Shown here one piece after another: positions 17,737 to 26,037 of a stretch of DNA of 32,000 bases. Positions within the stretch are counted from its first letter, which is position 1. The number at the start of each line of letters is the position of its first letter. A model generated the notes under the pieces. The model was not told the DNA's origin and ran no database searches. It saw only the letters and a list, made by a program, of their open reading frames with translations. A program made the translations under genes and the position numbers. The stretch comes from Candidatus Hermodarchaeota archaeon. Lineage in GTDB: Archaea; Asgardarchaeota; Heimdallarchaeia; Hodarchaeales; Hodarchaeaceae. Where the stretch lies: positions 62,239 to 94,238 of the forward strand of contig JBHLKY010000019.1 in NCBI GenBank assembly GCA_048886185.1, given 5' to 3'.

Positions 17737-18633
17737 ATGAGTGATAACATGCTAAGTAATCTGCTTTATCGTTTGAGAGTACCGAACATTGTTGGTTCAT
17801 CACTTTTTGCTTTTACTGGATTAATACTGAATCTACGTCAGCCTCACACGTTTGAAATGTACAGAGCTCTTCTAATTGTACTTTCTATGATATTCTTCAA
17901 TATCTTCATCTGGATTTCAAATGACTATTATGATGCTCCATATGATGCTGCTGATGCTTATAAGAGGGCAAGAAACGTATTTTGCGGGAAATCAGAAAGT
18001 CGAGATTATAAGATTGGAATGACTTTAATGGTTTTTTCAATACTATCGGGATTAATTAGTGGATGGTTTGCTGGTCTTATCTATTTTTTATTTGCTGTCG
18101 CAGGAATGCTTCTTGCATATTTTTATAACAGTCCAATTTTTCGTGCAAAGAGTCGGATTGGTTTTGATTGGATTTTTCATGTAATCTGGTTTCAAATCAC
18201 ATTTCTTCCCCTATATTTGTATATTTTTGGTTTTGATGTAATTTGGGGTCTTGAGACAAAACATATTCAATTTTATTGTGTTTTTCTTTCAATTTCTTTA
18301 CTGTCATTGTTAGCGCAAATAAATCATCAGATTCCCGACTATTCTCTAGATCTTCATACAGAACAAAGAACAACCGTTGTTGCTTTAGGGATAGAAATTA
18401 CGTTAAAGCTTAGATACATATTTTATTTTTCTATCTCTATTGCTGTTTTTATTCTTTGTATACTAAACAATACATTCATTGCTTTGTTAATGATGATTAT
18501 CTATACTCTATACATGTTAAAGACTGATAAAACGAAAGCAGCAGATGCTCCTTTACCATGGTTGTACTTTTTTGTACTAGATTACCTAATTCTCTCTCCA
18601 ATATTATCCAATATTTTTTCAATATTATTATAA
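17737..18633 (+). CDS. UbiA family prenyltransferase
   Basis: First Asp-rich motif NDYYDAPYD, second motif NHQIPDYSLD...RTT, and multiple TM segments. Starts 2 nt after MFS-longin paralog 2. Confidence 0.85.
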   Translation: MSDNMLSNLLYRLRVPNIVGSSLFAFTGLILNLRQPHTFEMYRALLIVLSMIFFNIFIWISNDYYDAPYDAADAYKRARNVFCGKSESRDYKIGMTLMVFSILSGLISGWFAGLIYFLFAVAGMLLAYFYNSPIFRAKSRIGFDWIFHVIWFQITFLPLYLYIFGFDVIWGLETKHIQFYCVFLSISLLSLLAQINHQIPDYSLDLHTEQRTTVVALGIEITLKLRYIFYFSISIAVFILCILNNTFIALLMMIIYTLYMLKTDKTKAADAPLPWLYFFVLDYLILSPILSNIFSILL

Positions 18634-18655
18634 ATCTATTATAGGTGTTTGACAA

Positions 18656-19321
18656 GTGGTCCTGTTCCTTATTATTCAGCTTTTGTTAACATTAAGCCTT
18701 ATTATCCTTTTTCTACTTGTTTTTACTGGAGTTACTTCATTTGAGGTTGATTTAATCCCTTCATTGGTTATATCCCTCTTTCTAACCTATTTTTTGACGC
18801 TTTTTCTTCTAGCTAGTATGCACAAGATTTCAAGAGTTTTAATGAAAAATAAGGAAGGTGAGATAGATGGTACGGATTTAATCTTATGGACAATTCAAGC
18901 CACAAGCTTGGACATTGCTATAACATTAACTCGAAAGTTAATTATTCATTCTCCTTTTCCAGATGTCCTTTTTAGATTATTTGGTCTAAAAATTAAGAAG
19001 GGGGTTTCAATATTAACTCCTCGTATCTGGGATCCCGATCTTATTGAAATCGGGGAGAACACTTTAGTGGGTACAAACACCCTAATATCAGGACATCATA
19101 TAAGGAGGGGTAAAATGTTCCGAAGACGAATTATTATTGGGAAAAATGTCACAATCGGAGCTGATTGTGTCATTTTACCAGGTGTAGTAATTGGAGACAA
19201 TACTATAGTTGGTCTTGGCTCTAGTATTCCACCTAACCAAATACTGGATGCCAACAGTCTATATAGTGGTGTTCCAGTGAAAAAGCTGAAATCTTTGACC
19301 ATTAAAGATTCAGAGAATTGA
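18656..19321 (+). CDS. Membrane-anchored hexapeptide-repeat acyltransferase
   Basis: Two N-terminal TM segments; IEIGENTLVGTNTLISGHH, IIIGKNVTIGADCVILPGVVIGDNTIVG and YSGVPVK. Confidence 0.82.
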   Translation: MVLFLIIQLLLTLSLIILFLLVFTGVTSFEVDLIPSLVISLFLTYFLTLFLLASMHKISRVLMKNKEGEIDGTDLILWTIQATSLDIAITLTRKLIIHSPFPDVLFRLFGLKIKKGVSILTPRIWDPDLIEIGENTLVGTNTLISGHHIRRGKMFRRRIIIGKNVTIGADCVILPGVVIGDNTIVGLGSSIPPNQILDANSLYSGVPVKKLKSLTIKDSEN

Positions 19322-19379
19322 TTCCATTATTTATTATAATTATAGATTTTTGACACAATGAAATTTCCGTTTCTGATTT

Positions 19380-20057
19380 TTAAAGTTCTTTGGGATCAAT
19401 TTCTTTAACTTTTTTAACTGGCACACCAGAATAAATGCAATTTGAATCAAGCTTCCAATTTGCAGGTACAAGAGATCCTGCACTTACCATTACATTATCT
19501 CCAATTTCTGCTCCTGGTAAAACAGTGGAGAGAATGCCGAGGGTGCAATTTTTTCCAATTTTAATACGCTTTCGATAGAGTCTTCCCCTCCGTATATGAT
19601 GAGCAGTTATCATCGCATTTGTTCCTATTAATGTCCCCTCTCCCACATCAATAAGCTCTAAGTCCCATAAATCTGCCATAATACTCACCCCTTTTCTTTT
19701 CTTAAAACCAAATAATCTCATGAGTATATCTGGAAATAGTGGTAATAAGATTATTTTCTTTGTAATTATCCGGGCTAAATCCCAGGTAGTTTCCTTGATT
19801 GTCCATAAAATTTTCTCTAATCCAGCCAATTCTCCCTCTTTATCGCGAAGTAATACCCTAGAAGTTTTGTTAATTGAAGCTAAGCCAAACAATATTGTGA
19901 AATATGATATTAGGAATGTTAGTATAATCACTATGAGAATTTCTATAATGGAAGGGAAAAAAAATAAATCTTGAGAGAGAACTCCAAGAAATACAAAATA
20001 AACAATCGTGATACAGAGACATATTAGGATTAATTGAATAATTAGATAAATCATCAC
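19380..20057 (-). CDS. Membrane-anchored hexapeptide-repeat acyltransferase (close paralog of 18656..19321)
   Basis: Two N-terminal TM segments; IDVGEGTLIGTNAMITAHH, IKIGKNCTLGILSTVLPGAEIGDNVMV and YSGVPVKKVK. Confidence 0.82.
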   Translation of the reverse strand: MMIYLIIQLILICLCITIVYFVFLGVLSQDLFFFPSIIEILIVIILTFLISYFTILFGLASINKTSRVLLRDKEGELAGLEKILWTIKETTWDLARIITKKIILLPLFPDILMRLFGFKKRKGVSIMADLWDLELIDVGEGTLIGTNAMITAHHIRRGRLYRKRIKIGKNCTLGILSTVLPGAEIGDNVMVSAGSLVPANWKLDSNCIYSGVPVKKVKEIDPKEL

Positions 20058-20079
20058 ATTAACACTTTGTTTGAATCCT

Positions 20080-21237
20080 TTATTTCGAGCTTAATGCTTT
20101 TATTGTCTCTAGACATAACTGAATTTCTTCTATCGTATTATAACAGTGAGGAGAGAGGCGTATTCCTCCCTCACGATAAGAAACAGCAATGGGAAAAGAT
20201 AATTTTCGGAGTTGGGATACAATTTTCTCACCATTAGGACAGGAAAAGCTAACTATTCCACTTCTTTGTTCTTTAGTCTCTATTGGAGTGTTTAACTGAA
20301 AAATCTTCTCGTTTCTAACAATTTCAATAATTAAATCGGTTAGCTTCATGATTTGCTGATATATTTTGTCAATACCTAGATCATTCAGATATTTTACAGC
20401 TCTTGCTATTAAATGGGTATGTGGGCCTAGTGAAGCCTGAAATCTTTTGGCTCCACGGCCAGGTATATAAACATGATGGGATAGATCAAGTGGATTTGCA
20501 TCTGACATTGACCCAACAAAACTAGGATAAAGTAATTCAGCTAATTCCCGCTTGATATAAATAAAACCAGTCCCAAGAGGTCCCAATAGCCATTTATAAC
20601 CTCCAGAAGCCAGATAATCAATATCTTGCTTTTGAACATCTACTGGTACTGCTCCAAGAGATTGAATTGCATCTACAATGAATCTTACTTCTTTCTCATG
20701 ACAAATTTTAGCTAGCTCGTTAATGTTAGCACGAAATCCATTACTAAATTGAACATGTGAAATTGCGACTAATCGTGTTGATTCATCAATAGCTTGGTTG
20801 AATGATTCTAGAGGAATAACCCCGTCAATATTTGAGAGAACTTCTAATTGCAAGTCGAATTTATTTGCTAGAGCTTGATATGTGTAGGAATTTGATGTGT
20901 ATTCCGCATTATTAATAATGATTTTATCATCTTTCTCCCATTTAATGCTTTCAGCAATCGCAGCCAGTCCATAACTCGTGTTATAGGTAAAAGCGATCTC
21001 TTCCTCAGGAAATTTAGCATTTATAAACTTACCAACAATTCGACGATCCTCATTTATACTCTCGAGTATCTTTTCGAGATTTGGAAAAAATAAATCGCCA
21101 TAAGATTTATGATGAATCAACCATTTTTGACATTCTTCAATTACTGGTGTAGGACTCGGTGAGATGGCAGCATGATTTAGAAAGATGGCTTTTTCAGTAA
21201 CTGGGAACTCTTTCCTGAGCTTTTCAAAATCCATCAA
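20080..21237 (-). CDS. Aminotransferase class V PLP-dependent enzyme
   Basis: FLNHAAISP, EYTSN, VAISHVQFSNG, VDAIQSLG, PLP-lysine motif SGGYKWLLGPLGTG, and IRLSPH.YN. Confidence 0.88.
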   Translation of the reverse strand: MMDFEKLRKEFPVTEKAIFLNHAAISPSPTPVIEECQKWLIHHKSYGDLFFPNLEKILESINEDRRIVGKFINAKFPEEEIAFTYNTSYGLAAIAESIKWEKDDKIIINNAEYTSNSYTYQALANKFDLQLEVLSNIDGVIPLESFNQAIDESTRLVAISHVQFSNGFRANINELAKICHEKEVRFIVDAIQSLGAVPVDVQKQDIDYLASGGYKWLLGPLGTGFIYIKRELAELLYPSFVGSMSDANPLDLSHHVYIPGRGAKRFQASLGPHTHLIARAVKYLNDLGIDKIYQQIMKLTDLIIEIVRNEKIFQLNTPIETKEQRSGIVSFSCPNGEKIVSQLRKLSFPIAVSYREGGIRLSPHCYNTIEEIQLCLETIKALSSK

Positions 21238-21413
21238 CTTTTATCATCCTTAATTACTATTTTATAATGCTTTCATATTTTCTAGTAAAAATACATATTT
21301 ATTACATAGGATGACTTGTTTTCCAGGAAACCATCCTGAAATAGTTTATCACAGATTTAATAATCTCAAATAAACACTACAATACTCTTGTTTTGCAGCT
21401 ATTCTTTGTTAAA

Positions 21414-23303
21414 TTACGTTTTATTTTCTTTATCCATGTTAATCATAATTAGTTTTGTCAGTTCAGAAAGGTAGTCAATAGCCTCTCGGATGGAGTTCCT
21501 TTTAAGCTCGTAATCAGTTGTTTTAGAGGTAAATTTTTGGAGTTGATTATGCGTTTGTAATATTTGAAGGATTTCTCTCTGTTTCTGCACTTTTCCTTCA
21601 AGTAGAATAAATTGATGGTCTTTTGCATGTTTCATGACTTGATCGAATATTTTTGCTGCCTTCGAATATTGACGTGTATGCATTTCAATTATAGCAAAAA
21701 TTAATTCCACTTCACACCTAATAAGGGCCGAAGATTCGGCAGCAGCTTTAAGATCCTTCAAAAAAAGTTTTGCTTTCTCCAGATATTCATAATTATCAGC
21801 TGAAATCATGAAAAGTTCCAAATTTGTTTTAGTTATTCCTAAAAGGGTTTGTGCTTCTACTTCAAAGGATTCACAGTATTCAAGTGCTAAAGAAAACTCC
21901 TTTGAAGCTTTTTGCAAATGTTTCTGATTTAATTCTTTTTGATTAAGTGCGATATTTCCTAATGTATTGTAATATCTACCAAAATCAAGGCGCCTTTGTT
22001 GAGTCCAGATTTGAGTTTTAGCTTTCGATAAAAGGTTCTCAATTTCATACGAAAAGTTATCACCCATCTTTGATAATAATTCTGCTAGCGCTAGCAAAAT
22101 AATCGGTGGTACGGTTTTCAAATTCTCTTCAAATATCGTGATACTTGACTCATAGCATTTTTTTGCTTGGATTAAGTTTCCTTGATTGGATTCAAGCCAA
22201 CCAAGGGCCCCATATGTGAATCCCAACCCATAATAGTCCCCCTCCTCCTCACTTAGTAACATACTAGATTTATAACAGTTTGTTGCTTTTTTATTGTCAC
22301 CAATGAGAGTGTAAATCATACCCAATGTATTTTGAGTGTATGCTTCTTGCCATCTGTCGTGAATTTCTTTTTGATTTATTCTCAGAGATTCCATTAAATA
22401 ATGAATAGCGAGATTATACTCCCCAGTGAAACGTAAATTTGATCCTAATGAATTTAAAATATGAATTCTTCTCCCTGATGGTATTGGGACTTCTTCTAGA
22501 CATTGCAACAATATATCTTTGGCTCTTTGGTACTCACCAAGCAATTGAAGCATCCAAACGAAGTTCAATTTTAAAGAAACAACGTTTTTAGAATCTATTT
22601 TATTACCTTTGGTACAAAACCGTAAACTCTTTTGCATATGATTCAGAAATCTTTCAGTATCTAATTGCTGTCTCGCTAATCTTGCGTGGGCATACTCTAA
22701 TACACATTGAGTTACATCATTAGATGGATGACGGTCAAAATCAAGTGCTTTTGTGACTAGTACAAACCAAGGACTTAGTTTAGCGTACCCTGTAATATCC
22801 CATAAGAAGTCTAAATTAGTGTTCCAGTTCTCTTGAAGCTTATTACTTTTAAATATATCATCCAATCCTTCTATCAAAGTTTTAAAAAAGTTTTCCTCGT
22901 CTTCTAATCTGAAATAGCAATTAAGTAACATTTTACGATAATAATTTTGACGGCCTAAATCATTTGAAAGAAAAGAAAGTGTATTCTGAAAGAATTGAAC
23001 TGCTCTGGAATAATTTCCCATTCTATAATGAATTGTAGCCATCCTTCCATTAAGACTACTTTTCTGACCAGAGGTTAGTTCTATTTCTTTAGATAGTAGA
23101 AGAGATTCTTCGATATTCTCTTTTGCTGAATTATAATCTTTTCTATATCGCTTAATTTCACTTGAAAGTAGATTAAACCAATATCTTTCTTCGCTAGTAA
23201 ACTCTGGTGCTATCTTCATTAGTTTTATATAAATCCTTTCAGCTTCTTGGATTTTATTTTCTCTAATTAGCCGTCGAACTTCAGTATAGTGAGTCTCCAT
23301 CAC
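21414..23303 (-). CDS. Tetratricopeptide-repeat protein
   Basis: Repeated TPR signatures: LNGRMATIHYRMGNYSRAVQFF, LNSLGSNLRFTGEYNLAIHYL, QNTLGMIYTLIGDNKKATNCY, YGALGWLESNQGNLIQAKKCY and YNTLGNIAL. Confidence 0.82.
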   Translation of the reverse strand: MMETHYTEVRRLIRENKIQEAERIYIKLMKIAPEFTSEERYWFNLLSSEIKRYRKDYNSAKENIEESLLLSKEIELTSGQKSSLNGRMATIHYRMGNYSRAVQFFQNTLSFLSNDLGRQNYYRKMLLNCYFRLEDEENFFKTLIEGLDDIFKSNKLQENWNTNLDFLWDITGYAKLSPWFVLVTKALDFDRHPSNDVTQCVLEYAHARLARQQLDTERFLNHMQKSLRFCTKGNKIDSKNVVSLKLNFVWMLQLLGEYQRAKDILLQCLEEVPIPSGRRIHILNSLGSNLRFTGEYNLAIHYLMESLRINQKEIHDRWQEAYTQNTLGMIYTLIGDNKKATNCYKSSMLLSEEEGDYYGLGFTYGALGWLESNQGNLIQAKKCYESSITIFEENLKTVPPIILLALAELLSKMGDNFSYEIENLLSKAKTQIWTQQRRLDFGRYYNTLGNIALNQKELNQKHLQKASKEFSLALEYCESFEVEAQTLLGITKTNLELFMISADNYEYLEKAKLFLKDLKAAAESSALIRCEVELIFAIIEMHTRQYSKAAKIFDQVMKHAKDHQFILLEGKVQKQREILQILQTHNQLQKFTSKTTDYELKRNSIREAIDYLSELTKLIMINMDKENKT

Positions 23304-23743
23304 TTATCCCGCTACTCCATGCGAAATGAGAAATTTGTTTTTCATATTACATTTTCATTGAAAACACTAGCGACTTAAATACTCTATTCTGGGATGTCAA
23401 AGAAAATTCTCTCTTTTTTATCTAATACTGATTTTTAAAAAATAATCTTATCGGATTGTTGGCACACAGTTTGTGAGATTAGCTTTTGGGACCGATAAAT
23501 TCATTATTTTTTCTACCATCGGAGAAGATGAGCACTCAAGTTTGTATGAATAGAGGTTCTACTATTACTTCTTATATTAAATATTCTTCAATTTGTCTCT
23601 GCTTTGGTAAAATAGAACTTGAAAATTATTCCTAAAAATAGCTATGACCAGAACTCTGCAAAAATGAAAATAGTCTAAAATACTAAATGAGTTTCAAGGA
23701 AATTGCTCTTAAAGTTATAAATTTGGCGTATGAATGTCAAAAT

Positions 23744-24532
23744 CTATTTTAGAATCATCGGAGCTCCAATTAAAGCAAAATCTTCAGCGATTTTTGATAC
23801 TTCAAGACGTAAGCCTTCAATATAGGTTTCATTACTCCATTGTTTAGGGAAAATCTCAAGAAGATTAGGTCTGATTCTCCGAATGCCTGGAATATTCTCC
23901 TCATATATATTATTTGGAGTTTCTATTGCGATTTCATTCACAAATATCTCATTAAAGAATTCTGAAATGAGAATTCTCATCTGAGTAGGAGAATAGTAAA
24001 ATTCGCCATATTTTTCCGTCGCTTCCTTTAACATAACCAATGGTTCCTTGAGTGGTAAAATGAGTTGAGTTAATATTCTACCCCGTCCAAAAGCTCGGCT
24101 ACTTTGTCCTTTATAATTTTCTTGAGCTTCTAGTGTATTGAAGGAAAATTCTAGAAGATTTTCACCAACAATCATAAAATCATAGGGAGGAGGAAATATG
24201 AATGGTTCTGTACTGAAGTGATTATTAAGCCATTTTTCCTCAGGAATAACAAGGCCAGTTAAAAACCTAGTATCTGTTGTTGTTGTTTTCTTCCGTACAG
24301 AAAATTTAGTCCAATATACCCCTACTCCATAAAGCAAGATATATGAAAGATTAAAAAGAATCAAACGTGAAAAATCTATAGGAACAAAAATTACACTGCT
24401 CTGCGAAATTGATTCAACTTCTTGATTTTTATAGAACCATCTCAAATCTCTTGGCTTCGTAGCCTCAGTAAAGGAAAGCCAATCTGTTATTACAATTAAT
24501 GATCTTAAATTGCCGAAAGGTTGTTTTCGCAT
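23744..24532 (-). CDS. Hypothetical protein, 262 aa, possibly one TM segment
   Basis: Long ORF with SD-like AAGGATGG and a TATA-like box upstream. No recognisable family motif. Confidence 0.6.
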   Translation of the reverse strand: MRKQPFGNLRSLIVITDWLSFTEATKPRDLRWFYKNQEVESISQSSVIFVPIDFSRLILFNLSYILLYGVGVYWTKFSVRKKTTTTDTRFLTGLVIPEEKWLNNHFSTEPFIFPPPYDFMIVGENLLEFSFNTLEAQENYKGQSSRAFGRGRILTQLILPLKEPLVMLKEATEKYGEFYYSPTQMRILISEFFNEIFVNEIAIETPNNIYEENIPGIRRIRPNLLEIFPKQWSNETYIEGLRLEVSKIAEDFALIGAPMILK

Positions 24533-24579
24533 TATTATCCATCCTTATTGACATCTAGATCCAAATAATTATTAAATAT

Positions 24580-24587
24580 TATATAAA
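24580..24587 (-). promoter_or_regulatory. Candidate TATA box (TTTATATA) for the 262-aa gene
   Basis: TTTATATA on the minus strand about 48 nt upstream of the ATG at 24532, preceded by purine-rich GAGAAGG. Confidence 0.4.
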
Positions 24588-24870
24588 TTAGCCTTCTCGA
24601 TTTAGAACTTTTTTTTTTCAAACAACAAGTTCATTCACATTATAGTTTTTGTGATAGCATTCTTGAATGTTGAGTTAAAAAGAGATCATGTCATAATCAA
24701 AATTAAACAACATAAATTTGAAACAACTGTTTCCAAGACAACCAACTTCTGAAATCATATTAATTTTCATACCGTCCCCTCTTTATCCTTCCTATTAGCT
24801 TATTATGAGTTTAACTTGGTGAAAATTTGATCTCAACAATCAGAGAGAAGTTATCTGTCTTCAGGAATAC

Positions 24871-25788
24871 TCAAGTCATTATTTTTTGAATTATTCGACA
24901 TGCTGAGCATTTAATTTCTGGGGAATAAGATGAACATAAACTACATCTGTGTACTAGCTCAACTTGAGCTTTTCTTTTGGTTTCGTTTTTTATAGATGAA
25001 ATAATGTTATAAAGAATACGTGGATCTTTTTCCCCAATTATAGATAGGAATGAGGTAATTTCCGATCGGAATGATCTTTCTGCAAAAATACATCGGACAT
25101 TCAAAAATTGTAAATGGTTAATTTTTGAATATTTACTAATTGTGTTTTCAGAAACTTTTGATAAGGGTTTAATTCTCAATGGTAATGATTTTCCATCAGC
25201 TGAAGTGTACTTAATTTTGTCACGATAAATTTTCCATGGATTGCCTCGAAGTATATTAAGGAGTATTGTTTCAGCCTCATCTTCGAGAGTATTTCCCAGT
25301 GCAATATAATCAGCTTTATTATCTAAAGCTAATCTCATAATACCATGACGACGTAATACGCCACAAATAGTACATGGAGTATATCTTAATCCTTGTTTAT
25401 CTGATTGATGAATCAAAGAAGGGAGAGAGTAATCAAATAATTCAGAATAAGATTTCTGAATAAAAGATACAGTAGAGTAACTCGATTTAAGCTGGTTTAT
25501 GACCCTTTTCCGAGGCTGTTGAATTTCTGGGGTCTCTTCTTCGAGGATGATGGCAATTAACTTAGTAATTCGGAGCTTTCGCTTATATTTATGGAGAATA
25601 TGAAGCATTGTAGTACTGTCTTTGCCCCCCGATAATGCAACACTAATAGAATGTCCTCGGATATATCTTGGAATATTATTTAGAATCCTTTTTTCAAACT
25701 TCCGAGAGTAACAATTAGGACAGAAGTATTGTGTGGAGGGAGGGAATTTTAATTGACCAAATAAACCACAATCACACCAAGGACTCAT
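24871..25788 (-). CDS. TtuA/NcsA/Ctu1-family tRNA 2-thiolation protein (PP-loop ATPase)
   Basis: PP-loop VALSGGKDS, PCTICGVLRR, RIKPL, third Cys in RCIFA, and N- and C-terminal Cys clusters (CDCG..CPNC; CSLC..CSAC). Confidence 0.85.
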   Translation of the reverse strand: MSPWCDCGLFGQLKFPPSTQYFCPNCYSRKFEKRILNNIPRYIRGHSISVALSGGKDSTTMLHILHKYKRKLRITKLIAIILEEETPEIQQPRKRVINQLKSSYSTVSFIQKSYSELFDYSLPSLIHQSDKQGLRYTPCTICGVLRRHGIMRLALDNKADYIALGNTLEDEAETILLNILRGNPWKIYRDKIKYTSADGKSLPLRIKPLSKVSENTISKYSKINHLQFLNVRCIFAERSFRSEITSFLSIIGEKDPRILYNIISSIKNETKRKAQVELVHRCSLCSSYSPEIKCSACRIIQKIMT

Positions 25789-25833
25789 GCAGTCTCATCT
25801 AAAAAAGTAGGTCAGTTGCCAGTTCTCATCATT

Positions 25834-25855
25834 TCCTTATTAATCATAATAAGGA
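25834..25855. promoter_or_regulatory. Inverted repeat TCCTTATTA-ATCA-TAATAAGGA upstream of the tRNA thiolase gene
   Basis: Perfect 9-bp arms with a 4-nt spacer, 46-67 nt upstream of the start at 25788. Confidence 0.4.
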
Positions 25856-26037
25856 TCGGTCGGTAAAACCTTCGTCACACCACTAACTCAATAGATTTTT
25901 AACTATTTAATAATTGTCTTTTTAATTTCTGGAATGCTATTTAATTGATTTATTGTATTCCAAAACATACAAAATCCAATATGTTATTCTTAGGGATTTC
26001 AGTTTTTATTAGAAAGATAATCCCTACTCCTGCATTT

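Noticed and set aside
438-20057. Short antisense or overlapping ORFs in the track (438-683, 1494-1700, 2999-3226, 4400-4582, 4967-5149, 8179-8373, 9551-9841, 10125-10412, 10705-10995, 11458-11721, 16264-16509, 17532-17744, 19096-19302, 19720-19974)
   Set aside because: They lie inside or opposite well-supported genes, or opposite the 4-Cys ORF, and show no motifs; they are shadow ORFs.
21414-23303. TPR protein as a MalT/STAND-type regulator or defence NLR
   Set aside because: No P-loop, HTH or effector domain is visible; only TPR-like helices, which are common in this lineage.
24675-24770. 31-codon minus-strand ORF (MKINMISEVGCLGNSCF...) with a strong GAGGGG SD-like sequence
   Set aside because: Too short to support without conservation or Ribo-seq data.
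20080-25788. PLP enzyme as the sulfur donor for the nearby tRNA thiolase
   Set aside because: It lacks the desulfurase catalytic Cys motif and is separated from the thiolase by two unrelated genes.
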